Assembly: GCA_025839675.1 (NCBI GenBank)
Contig: CP104013.1
Coordinates: forward strand, 1,590,001-1,622,000
Source of the DNA: Candidatus Lokiarchaeum ossiferum
GTDB taxonomy: Archaea; Asgardarchaeota; Lokiarchaeia; Sigyniarchaeales; Promethearchaeaceae
Reading direction: 5' to 3'
DNA length: 32,000 bases
Shown: piece after piece, positions 24,405 to 32,000 of the stretch
Layout of the letters: the number at the start of each line of letters is the position of its first letter
Numbering within the stretch: the stretch's first letter is position 1
Program-made: the position numbers and the translations under genes
The notes under the pieces: model-generated
Seen by the model: only the letters and a program-made list of their open reading frames with translations
Database searches by the model: none
Told to the model about the DNA's origin: nothing

Positions 24405-27400
24405 ATGAAAAACTATTTCAAATTCTACTGGCGCCAATCTCTCAAGAATATTCGAAAGGAGGTATTAAGTATTATAATCATCTCAATTTCGATTTCTATG
24501 GTATCAGGTTTGAGTTATTACTTTGAAGCAACTCAAAAAAATAAATTTGATGAGGGATTTAATTTTCTACCCGACTTTGAAATAGTGCATGAACAATTTT
24601 TTACCGAGGATTTGGGAGTAACTCCCCGTTTAAATTATTCCCTTAATTTTCAACCAACAAATAATAAAATTCTCAAATTACTCAATGAATCTCGTCTGGA
24701 TATTGTTGGCACGTATCAATACGCTCTTCTAACCATGGAAAGTGCTTTTTTCTATAATCCAGAATTAGATCATTTAGATTTAAATGATATGCGTTCCCTT
24801 TTTCAGTATTATACCTTGTTAAATGCTAGTCGCATTGAATTTGGATTTTTCAATAATTCTTTTTATCAATCTTCCCGATTCCAAAATTATTTCAAAATTC
24901 TTGAAGGGGAATATCCAAAAACTCAAAAGGACATTCTCATCGATTTTAATTTTGCCCAGAAAATGAATTATCAGGTTGGGGATATTGTAAATATTAGTCT
25001 TAAAATAGGCCGAATTCATGAAATGTCCTTAGGAATTGGAATGCCAATTTTTAATTTATTTGATTTTCAACTTCTTAATGTTAGTGTTTCGGGATTTTAT
25101 CTTCCCAAAATGAATTCATACAATATCGATAATGAAGATTTTTACTATTCTTACACCTATGAAGATTATCTTCTGGGACATAAATATGAAGAAAAAGAAA
25201 ATATTGACAGCCCCATAATGTTTTCATGGTATAATTTCACAGAAATAGATGGAACCCACCCGGCTCAACAACTTTACTATGAAATAGACCACCATGTTGA
25301 AGCTTATAAATATTTACGTAACGCATTTACACGCTCTGGTTATATTGTTTTTTATAATCGGGAGGCCATAAACTATGCATCAATCCGAAGCATTAATGTT
25401 AAAACTTCTCAACAAGCAGACGATTTAAGCATTCAAATTCCCTTAGGCCTATTTTTTCATAATAAACTAAATCTTCAATTAGATGAAAACTATCGAAATC
25501 TAATGGAAAATCGTCTTACTATTCAATTACTCAATCTTCCAATCCTTTTCTTTTCATTTTTAATTAGTCAAAATATAGGGATTCATCGCAATAAGAAAAA
25601 GGATAAGGAAAACCTACTTCTAAGATTGCGTGGAATTCCTGTAAGAAAAATACAGAATCAAATAATTGTGGAAAGTATTATAGGAGGAATGATTTGTACC
25701 GTTGTAGGTATTGGCGGAGGGCTTTTGACTTTTTATGGGTATGATTATTGGTTTGATGAAATTTTCCAATTTTCGGAAATAGTGCAATTGAAACCCCTAA
25801 TAAACCTAACATCAATAATTCAACCTGTTATTTTAGGAATAATAGTCAACCTATTAACGAAAATTCCAAAAATATATGAAATTCGGAAGTCAAAATATGA
25901 GAATATCAGTAATGTCTTGAATAACTCAAGTGGAATTTCCAAAAACGATGAAAATGCAATCCCAAATGAATATTATCAAAATACCGCCGATCAAGTTCAA
26001 CTTAGAATTAATAGTCAAGAATTGCTAGGCAATAAGCTCCTAAAGAAAATTGAGAAAAGAGAAAAACGACAAGAGAAGATCTCCAATGGAAACTCTCTTA
26101 AATTTAAGTATTCTCTGATATTGGTGGCAATTGGGGCACTCCCATTATTGGCCTACGCAATACTTTTTATAACAAACACTTGGATCGTCCCAGATAGAAT
26201 TCTAAACGCATCGATTTTTCTATACGAATCTGTTATTGAAATGAAGCTATTAGTTATGCTGTGCATTGGAATTTTTGTGGCAGGATGTATTCGTCTGGCT
26301 TTAGTAATGCAACCTTATAACTTAACAATTTTGTTAAAGAAGATTTCAAAAATATTTGTCGGTGATTTAGATGAAATGATCAGCTTAGAATACATTCGTC
26401 AAAAAATTTGGTCTAGAATCATCATCTATATCGGAATTTTTGCAGCATTACTTGTGGTATCTAATATTTCTTATGTTTCTGAGTATCATTACAACATTGT
26501 TGACCAAAATATCGATATAGGGTCGGATCTCCAAATAACGACACCATTGTCACCCCAAGATGAAGAGTTAATCCACGATCATATTAATAATCTAAAAGAT
26601 CAACAAAATGAAGAGATTGTAAATGATATCGTGTCTTTCTATTATTCTTCAAATAATTCTTTAAATTTATCCTACTCATATTCAAATGAAAAATTGATAT
26701 TTAAACTATATACGGGAGACATTGATCATTATCGCGATTTTAGTTCAAATAACGACAAAATTCAACCTAATGGACAGATTCTCAGGCGACTTAAGCGATT
26801 AAATGATCACAATACAAAATATCTCACAAATGATAAAGAATATGCAGGAGCCATTGTAAATGACATGTACCTGTACGAATCAGGCTTAAAAATAGGTGAT
26901 GTTGCCCAAGTTGAGACATCAAATTTTGATTTAGAAACAAATACTACAATATCTTCCTTTATTGATGTTCAAATAATCCAATCACTAAATTTTATTCCAG
27001 GGATATATAATTTTTCTAATTCCTATGAATCTGCGATGATAGTAGATGTTAGAACAGTGAGTGAGATAATTCAGGATGGATTTCTATTAAATTCAATTCA
27101 TCTTGTAGATTTCAATCCAAAATTCACAGTAAATAATACAATTCAAAACTCAATGACAACCCAATTACTCCATGATTTCCCAAATTGTCAAATAAGACTC
27201 TATAATCCATTATGGGATCAATATCAGAATGCAAAACCATCTTTAGAATTTAGTAACAGTGGATATTTTAAACTCCTCTTTGTCGATTTATCTATCATTG
27301 GTTTAATAATCGCTGTTGAATTAGCACTTTTAATTACCCTTATTTCAAATGAGGATTATGATTTCAATTTCCGTCTCTTGATCCGTGGGACTGGAAAAAA

Positions 27401-27695
27401 AGGATTGCTAAGAATATTACTCACTGAAACAACAATTGCCATTAGCATCGCTTTGGTCTTTGGATCTTTCGTGGGATTTGGATTTGGTTGGATTATGAAC
27501 AAAGTGAATCAAATAACAAATGCTAATTCAAAAGGATATCCATTTCCGATTCGCCCAAATTATCCCATTTTTGCCGATATTGGAAAAATTATTCAAATTT
27601 TTGCGTCAATATTTGGTTTAGCACTTCTAATCATATTCATGGGCTATTTAAGAAACCAACGTAAATCAATTGCGGAAGTAAATTTACAAAAGTAA
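24405..27695 (+). CDS. Large membrane protein with two FtsX-like permease domains (MacB/YbbP-type ABC permease architecture) and large extracytoplasmic domains
   Basis: The ORF track starts at TTG 24387. I prefer ATG 24405 (MKNYFKFYWRQSLKNIRKEVLSIIIISISI, a typical FtsX-permease N-terminus). The first FtsX-like block is LRLRGIPVRKIQNQIIVESIIGGMICTVVGIGGG. The second is LIRGTGKKGLLRILLTETTIAISIALVFGSFVGFGFG. Each follows a long hydrophilic region and precedes hydrophobic helices. Confidence 0.7.
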   Translation: MKNYFKFYWRQSLKNIRKEVLSIIIISISISMVSGLSYYFEATQKNKFDEGFNFLPDFEIVHEQFFTEDLGVTPRLNYSLNFQPTNNKILKLLNESRLDIVGTYQYALLTMESAFFYNPELDHLDLNDMRSLFQYYTLLNASRIEFGFFNNSFYQSSRFQNYFKILEGEYPKTQKDILIDFNFAQKMNYQVGDIVNISLKIGRIHEMSLGIGMPIFNLFDFQLLNVSVSGFYLPKMNSYNIDNEDFYYSYTYEDYLLGHKYEEKENIDSPIMFSWYNFTEIDGTHPAQQLYYEIDHHVEAYKYLRNAFTRSGYIVFYNREAINYASIRSINVKTSQQADDLSIQIPLGLFFHNKLNLQLDENYRNLMENRLTIQLLNLPILFFSFLISQNIGIHRNKKKDKENLLLRLRGIPVRKIQNQIIVESIIGGMICTVVGIGGGLLTFYGYDYWFDEIFQFSEIVQLKPLINLTSIIQPVILGIIVNLLTKIPKIYEIRKSKYENISNVLNNSSGISKNDENAIPNEYYQNTADQVQLRINSQELLGNKLLKKIEKREKRQEKISNGNSLKFKYSLILVAIGALPLLAYAILFITNTWIVPDRILNASIFLYESVIEMKLLVMLCIGIFVAGCIRLALVMQPYNLTILLKKISKIFVGDLDEMISLEYIRQKIWSRIIIYIGIFAALLVVSNISYVSEYHYNIVDQNIDIGSDLQITTPLSPQDEELIHDHINNLKDQQNEEIVNDIVSFYYSSNNSLNLSYSYSNEKLIFKLYTGDIDHYRDFSSNNDKIQPNGQILRRLKRLNDHNTKYLTNDKEYAGAIVNDMYLYESGLKIGDVAQVETSNFDLETNTTISSFIDVQIIQSLNFIPGIYNFSNSYESAMIVDVRTVSEIIQDGFLLNSIHLVDFNPKFTVNNTIQNSMTTQLLHDFPNCQIRLYNPLWDQYQNAKPSLEFSNSGYFKLLFVDLSIIGLIIAVELALLITLISNEDYDFNFRLLIRGTGKKGLLRILLTETTIAISIALVFGSFVGFGFGWIMNKVNQITNANSKGYPFPIRPNYPIFADIGKIIQIFASIFGLALLIIFMGYLRNQRKSIAEVNLQK

Positions 27696-27716
27696 ATCTT
27701 TTTTTTCCACTTAAAC

Positions 27717-29390
27717 ATGTATCTTTTGATGGTAAAAGGAAAAAAACCGTTAAAATATGTAAAAAAAACAAGTGGGTTACAAAGACGACATCAATCCGAA
27801 GTTAAACATAAACTTCGTCATTTTGCAGAGGCAGAATATCGTGCGAAACGACCTTTAGAGTTACGGCTATTACAATTGAAACCTCAGATTGTTTTTAAAA
27901 AAGGAACGGTTCTTCCAAATTTATTGATAAAAGCACTTCAACAAACTGCCTATGTGATTTATCTAGATTATGGGGAAGAAATTCGATTCTATTTCTATAC
28001 TTCTGATGGCATTTCCATGGGAGCATCTAATTTTCCAAAAACAGAGAAATTGCTTAGTGAAATGCATGGAAAAGCAAATACTCTGATATCATTACCCAAA
28101 AAAGATCCAAATGCAGATATTGATATAGATAGTATTCAATTCCAACAATACTTCAAAAAAATGGTTAAGAAAATTAGCCAAAAATATGCAGTATCATTTA
28201 AAACACTACCAACATTTGCAGTAAAAAATAAAATCCCACAAACCATACAAAACCGTAGCGGTATTCAAGTCCAAGATCAAATTCTCCATATTTTACGCGA
28301 ATTTATTTCAAAAGAAATTAAAGATATAATTATTCTACGGGAAATTTTCTTATTATTAACCCCAAAAAATGAAACGAGCAATTTTTTACCTATCTTTGGG
28401 ACAATGTGGGCATTTACAGAAATTAATTTGACTTCAAAATTGAATTTAGATACTTTATTACCAATTTGGAAGTACAGAAGTCCGTTGGTAATTAAATTCA
28501 AAAGCTGGTTGTCCCAGCGATTTCTTCCAAATCTACATGAAAATACAGAAAATATTCAGAACTACAGTTTATTTTTATTTGAAATGATTCAACTTTTAGA
28601 AAAAAATAAAATAATTCAACCCACACTTCTTTACGATGTAATTCTTTTATGGTTAATGAAATATGGTATTCAGAAAATCCCAATTTATCCAAAGAAAGTA
28701 AAAAAATGGAGGAAAACAAATTGGATACTTTATCAATTACTCGATTTTATTGATCGAGAATCGCTTTTACTGAGTAAATATCAAATCAACTGTGAAGGTT
28801 TTAGAACGGAAACGATTTCATTTCTGCTTTTAATTACTCAATTCACCCTATTTTTGGAACAGAAAAACTCAAAGAATTTAAAAGAACGATCATCTACAAC
28901 TACCCTATCCAGCTTTCCGCACTACAAACAAAATTCGAAATTACTGGAAGAGTTGAACTTACGTGAGTTTATTGAATTTTTACCAGCGTCCATTAACAAT
29001 AATTATGATATGATGATATTAATCCATCAAATGATAGATGAACTATTTGTTCAAAATGGGTGTGTACTTATTTCACCTACCGAAATCCAATTACACAAAA
29101 ATGCACAAACGGAATATGAATTTATTTTACAAAATCGGAGTGATTGGATTCTTTATAATCCAACTTTTTACCTTGAAATTGCATCGAACTCGTATATTAC
29201 CACAAAAATTGTAAAACATCCAAATATTGTTGTATTTGATAATCAAATCAAATTGCCCATCAAAATCACTTCATCAAATCGATCAAAACCAGCACATATC
29301 GAAATAATATGTGAATTTGATGATTATATTGTAAAAAACGAGCGGAGAATTTTAAAATTGGCTCAAATCTGGATTGAAATAGAAGAATAA
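27717..29390 (+). CDS. Hypothetical protein (557 aa)
   Basis: A long uninterrupted ORF starts 21 nt after the FtsX-like gene. It has a basic N-terminus and a mostly helical-looking, Leu/Ile/Lys-rich composition. I recognise no motifs. Confidence 0.55.
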   Translation: MYLLMVKGKKPLKYVKKTSGLQRRHQSEVKHKLRHFAEAEYRAKRPLELRLLQLKPQIVFKKGTVLPNLLIKALQQTAYVIYLDYGEEIRFYFYTSDGISMGASNFPKTEKLLSEMHGKANTLISLPKKDPNADIDIDSIQFQQYFKKMVKKISQKYAVSFKTLPTFAVKNKIPQTIQNRSGIQVQDQILHILREFISKEIKDIIILREIFLLLTPKNETSNFLPIFGTMWAFTEINLTSKLNLDTLLPIWKYRSPLVIKFKSWLSQRFLPNLHENTENIQNYSLFLFEMIQLLEKNKIIQPTLLYDVILLWLMKYGIQKIPIYPKKVKKWRKTNWILYQLLDFIDRESLLLSKYQINCEGFRTETISFLLLITQFTLFLEQKNSKNLKERSSTTTLSSFPHYKQNSKLLEELNLREFIEFLPASINNNYDMMILIHQMIDELFVQNGCVLISPTEIQLHKNAQTEYEFILQNRSDWILYNPTFYLEIASNSYITTKIVKHPNIVVFDNQIKLPIKITSSNRSKPAHIEIICEFDDYIVKNERRILKLAQIWIEIEE

Positions 29391-29396
29391 AAAAAA

Positions 29397-29921
29397 TTAA
29401 TTATACACTTGTTCTAATTTATGACCACAATATTCACAGAACACTGCATTATTTTGATTTAACAATCCCATCATTTCGGGAGTGAATTGCTCTCCACACA
29501 TCGGACAATGTAAAACATCCACAACTGGAGGGACGGAAGAAGGAGCACGAGGTGCTGTTGGAGGTCGAGGTGCTGTTGGAGGTCGAGGTGCTCTTGGAGG
29601 TCGAGGTGCTCTTGGAGGTCGAGGTGGTCGAGGCACTTGCGGAGGTCTAACATAAGTTCTTGATTGATGAGAAATACCATGGAAAATAGAACGGATTAAA
29701 TTGATTACTGCCTTCACAATTTCGATCGCAAGTTTGATTGCATATTTTGTTATATAATAGGCTAGGGAAATACAGGCCACAGTTAAAGCCACTAACCCGG
29801 CCATAATTAATACTTGATAGAGCGTAGAAAGATTCTGAAACCATCCTCGAAAAGCGAAAAAGGAATCAAATTCAAACCATAAAAATTGTATTTGAGTAAG
29901 ATGGGACATTTTTATTTTCAT
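29397..29921 (-). CDS. Single-pass membrane protein with a (PRPP[R/T]A)n proline-rich tract and a C-terminal zinc ribbon
   Basis: 174-aa ORF (alternative ATG at codon 5). It has one hydrophobic helix (VLIMAGLVALTVACISLAYYI). The tract is RPPQVPRPPRPPRAPRPPRAPRPPTAPRPPTAPRAP. The zinc ribbon is CPMCGEQF...x17...CEYCGHKL. Confidence 0.65.
   Translation of the reverse strand: MKIKMSHLTQIQFLWFEFDSFFAFRGWFQNLSTLYQVLIMAGLVALTVACISLAYYITKYAIKLAIEIVKAVINLIRSIFHGISHQSRTYVRPPQVPRPPRPPRAPRPPRAPRPPTAPRPPTAPRAPSSVPPVVDVLHCPMCGEQFTPEMMGLLNQNNAVFCEYCGHKLEQVYN
29551..29622. repeat. Perfect 18-bp tandem repeat x4 (two identical pairs differing at one base) with degenerate flanking units; encodes the PRPP[R/T]A tract
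   Basis: ggtgctgttggaggtcga occurs at 29551-29568 and 29569-29586. ggtgctcttggaggtcga occurs at 29587-29604 and 29605-29622. Partial units flank the array on both sides (about 29542-29633). Confidence 0.95.
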
Positions 29922-30011
29922 TTCCTAGTTTATTGATTAATATTGCTTATGATAATTTAGTTTCATTACCTACCTAAATGATCTAGAAACCAATTTTTAT
30001 CACGTTCTTTA

Positions 30012-32000
30012 CTAGAGAAATAATTTACCATCCGAAAATATCTCGCTAACCTTTACAATATTTTTATCTTTATCATATTTAAACAAAATTAGCAAATCTC
30101 CATGCTCTTTATGGGAAAAAATCCCCGATTCAACAGCTCTTTTAATATACCACGGATCTGCTGTAATATTACACTCTGGATAATTGTTGCATCGATAAAA
30201 TTCTTTGGTTGAAGTGATAATCTTTTTCATTTCTGTTTCGCATTTGGTGCAATAAACATCTAATTTTCCCCGTGTGGCTTCCCATTTTTTCATGATTTCT
30301 AGAATTAGGGCATTAGTTTCTTCTTTCGATTGAGATTTCGAAGATTTTTCCGATTGTCTTTTTATAGGAGGTTCATCTTGCGATTTTTTTATGGGAGAAA
30401 TTTCTTGAGAAATGAAGAGATCACACTCAAAAATAGTTTCCATTTGCTGAGAATCAACACCTTTCGGACAATCCATCATATTTTTACACATGAAACACCA
30501 AGGAATTCCTGGTTCCATCTCAATCTCTTGCTTTTGTTTTTTTGGTCTTGAAGGAGTTATATCAATATCTTTGGATAGAAGTTCCAAGACATCCAAGTCT
30601 TCAAATTCCTCATCAACATCGAGATCTAAACCGGAAATAACTTCAGATACATCATCCCCGCCAATAAATTGTTGTTGTTTTTGTTGATCGTGAGATAATT
30701 TTTCAAAATATTTCTCATAAGCATAAAAAAATTCATCTTGATATTTTTGTCGATTGATGCGGTATAGATCTATTTGATTTGTTTTGGTGAGACCATCCGT
30801 TTTGTAATAAAGTTGAATAAAGAAATCATCAGAATTAATATCTTGAAACTCAAACTGAGGAGGAAAATTAAGAGGGCGATCAACACACTGATGGAGATCC
30901 AAAGATGGAAAAAGAGAAAAACACCATGGACAAAGTTGTTGGATAACAGTTCCGCGCTTTTTAGGCTTTTTTTTAAGTTTCGACTCTATTTTTTCTTGAA
31001 CGAGAGCAAGTTGTTCTTCTTTTTCTTGTTGCAAAATTTGGGCTTCATATCGTTTCGTAATTAGATATTTTAAACTGGGTGGATTTGCTTTATTTAATAA
31101 GTTAAAACATTCTTCGAATAGGGATTTGTATAAAGAACCATTCAATTTGAACACATCAATTTTCCCAGATCGATTCCAAATCCCAATATTCTGATATAAA
31201 TAAACAAAAATCCAATCCGTACACAGATATTTAGGAACATGAAAATCAGTAGGATAGGAATCGGGTAAATTTTTACAGAGATGTTTACTCAGATCGTTAT
31301 ATTGGGAAATACAGAACGGACATACTTGTTTTACATTTTTTCGGTTAATATAGAGTTTTTCATAAAAATTGAGTTTTTCTTGAACTTTTATGTCAAATTG
31401 ATTATCGGGAAGAGAAAATTCGGCAGTATCTAGATATGTTTCTTCTGAATCTGAATGAGACGCGGGAATTTGTTTAGGGAAAAAGATTCTTGTATAATAT
31501 TTCAGAAAAATTTGGAGATAAAGAGTCCGGTTCAATAAATATATATCAAATTGGCCAGAAGAGTCAATTGCATCCAATAAAGAAAATGATACGGCACAAA
31601 ACATCTGATTTGCCACCAAATCTGATGAAAATTCAAAGTTATAAGGTTTAAACTTACACGAATGGTCCCGGAAATCAGTTATTTGATGCATACAAAAAGG
31701 ACAAAGCAAAATCAAACCCAATGTCTCATTATTGAGAGATGCAAGTTCATATTTGTGAGAAAATTGATCCCAATCGGGGAATTCTCTTATAGAAGATAAC
31801 TTGGATGGAATTTTTGATGAATCAGATCTATCAGTATCCCTTTTTGCTTTTAAACGTTGCTGAGCAATCAACCGAATCAAAATACCTTCGGCATTTATAT
31901 AAACGTCGGAGTTTGCACCATTTAGGGCAGACAGAATTGCAGTACAATATTCAGTATATTTCTTTCTATTTAATTTAGATTTGAGTAAAAAGCCCCTATC
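30012..32000 (-). CDS. Large multi-zinc-finger protein: three ~130-aa repeats each starting with a CxxC-x9-HxC finger, an acidic linker, and a C-terminal topoisomerase-type C4 zinc ribbon; the N-terminus lies beyond the right edge
   Basis: The ORF track gives 30012..31880 from an internal TTG. I checked the reverse frame from 31881 to 32000 and it contains no stop (…DRGFLLKSKLNRKKYTEYCTAILSALNGANSDVYINAEGILIRLIAQQ…), so the gene is 5'-truncated by the window. The fingers are CPFCMHQITDFRDHSC, CPFCISQYNDLSKHLC and CPWCFSLFPSLDLHQC. The C-terminal ribbon CTKCETEMKKIITSTKEFYRCNNYPEC resembles the zf-C4 of type IA topoisomerases. Confidence 0.7.
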   Translation of the reverse strand, partial: DRGFLLKSKLNRKKYTEYCTAILSALNGANSDVYINAEGILIRLIAQQRLKAKRDTDRSDSSKIPSKLSSIREFPDWDQFSHKYELASLNNETLGLILLCPFCMHQITDFRDHSCKFKPYNFEFSSDLVANQMFCAVSFSLLDAIDSSGQFDIYLLNRTLYLQIFLKYYTRIFFPKQIPASHSDSEETYLDTAEFSLPDNQFDIKVQEKLNFYEKLYINRKNVKQVCPFCISQYNDLSKHLCKNLPDSYPTDFHVPKYLCTDWIFVYLYQNIGIWNRSGKIDVFKLNGSLYKSLFEECFNLLNKANPPSLKYLITKRYEAQILQQEKEEQLALVQEKIESKLKKKPKKRGTVIQQLCPWCFSLFPSLDLHQCVDRPLNFPPQFEFQDINSDDFFIQLYYKTDGLTKTNQIDLYRINRQKYQDEFFYAYEKYFEKLSHDQQKQQQFIGGDDVSEVISGLDLDVDEEFEDLDVLELLSKDIDITPSRPKKQKQEIEMEPGIPWCFMCKNMMDCPKGVDSQQMETIFECDLFISQEISPIKKSQDEPPIKRQSEKSSKSQSKEETNALILEIMKKWEATRGKLDVYCTKCETEMKKIITSTKEFYRCNNYPECNITADPWYIKRAVESGIFSHKEHGDLLILFKYDKDKNIVKVSEIFSDGKLFL

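Noticed and set aside
27699-27706. T8 run between the FtsX-like gene and the 557-aa ORF as a terminator feature
   Set aside because: It lies only 11 nt upstream of the next ATG in a 21-nt gap. It is equally compatible with read-through or co-transcription, so I did not list it as a feature.
29542-29633. Possible CRISPR-like or non-coding satellite array
   Set aside because: The 18-bp units are contiguous with no spacers. They sit in frame inside a long ORF, where they encode a PRPP[R/T]A tract. No cas genes are present.
1-32000. tRNA, rRNA or other structured RNA genes
   Set aside because: In this AT-rich background such genes should stand out as 70-120-nt GC-rich patches in intergenic regions. 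Every intergenic region I read is AT-rich, without T-loop-like GTTCGAATC-type motifs or extended stems.

Overview
This is a visibly AT-rich (roughly one-third G+C by eye), gene-dense chromosomal window from an archaeon. I count about 30 protein genes. I found no rRNA, tRNA, CRISPR array, transposase, integrase, reverse transcriptase or recognisable defence gene. The archaeal assignment rests on motifs read directly from the translations: a Kae1-Bud32 fusion, ribosomal proteins eS24 and eS31 (S27ae), COG1909/DUF359 (GTP-dependent dephospho-CoA kinase family), Spt4, RNA polymerase subunit Rpo7 (E') and a class-II HisRS. An LRR protein, a PPP-family Ser/Thr phosphatase, a HEAT-repeat protein, an SCP2-like protein and many lineage-specific zinc-ribbon or low-complexity ORFs in such an AT-rich background fit an Asgard (Lokiarchaeia-like) genome, but that is inference only. 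All calls come from motif recognition without database searches. I see no clear novel system. The observations most worth a second look are these. (1) Three tandem divergent paralogs of an unrecognised ~110-aa helical protein sit, with a bacterial-looking DDAH gene, inside the otherwise conserved archaeal rpo7-spt4 / DUF359-S24e-S27ae-kae1 neighbourhood. (2) Two adjacent minus-strand genes stand out: a large protein with three copies of a C2HC-finger module plus a topoisomerase-like zinc ribbon, and a membrane-anchored protein with a (PRPP[R/T]A)n tract encoded by perfect 18-bp tandem repeats. (3) A compact SDR-SDR-(internally duplicated small protein)-thiolase-SCP2-like operon is preceded by a dense cluster of TCGGAA/TTCCGA palindromic sites. 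(4) A double-FtsX giant permease has no ATPase partner in the window.
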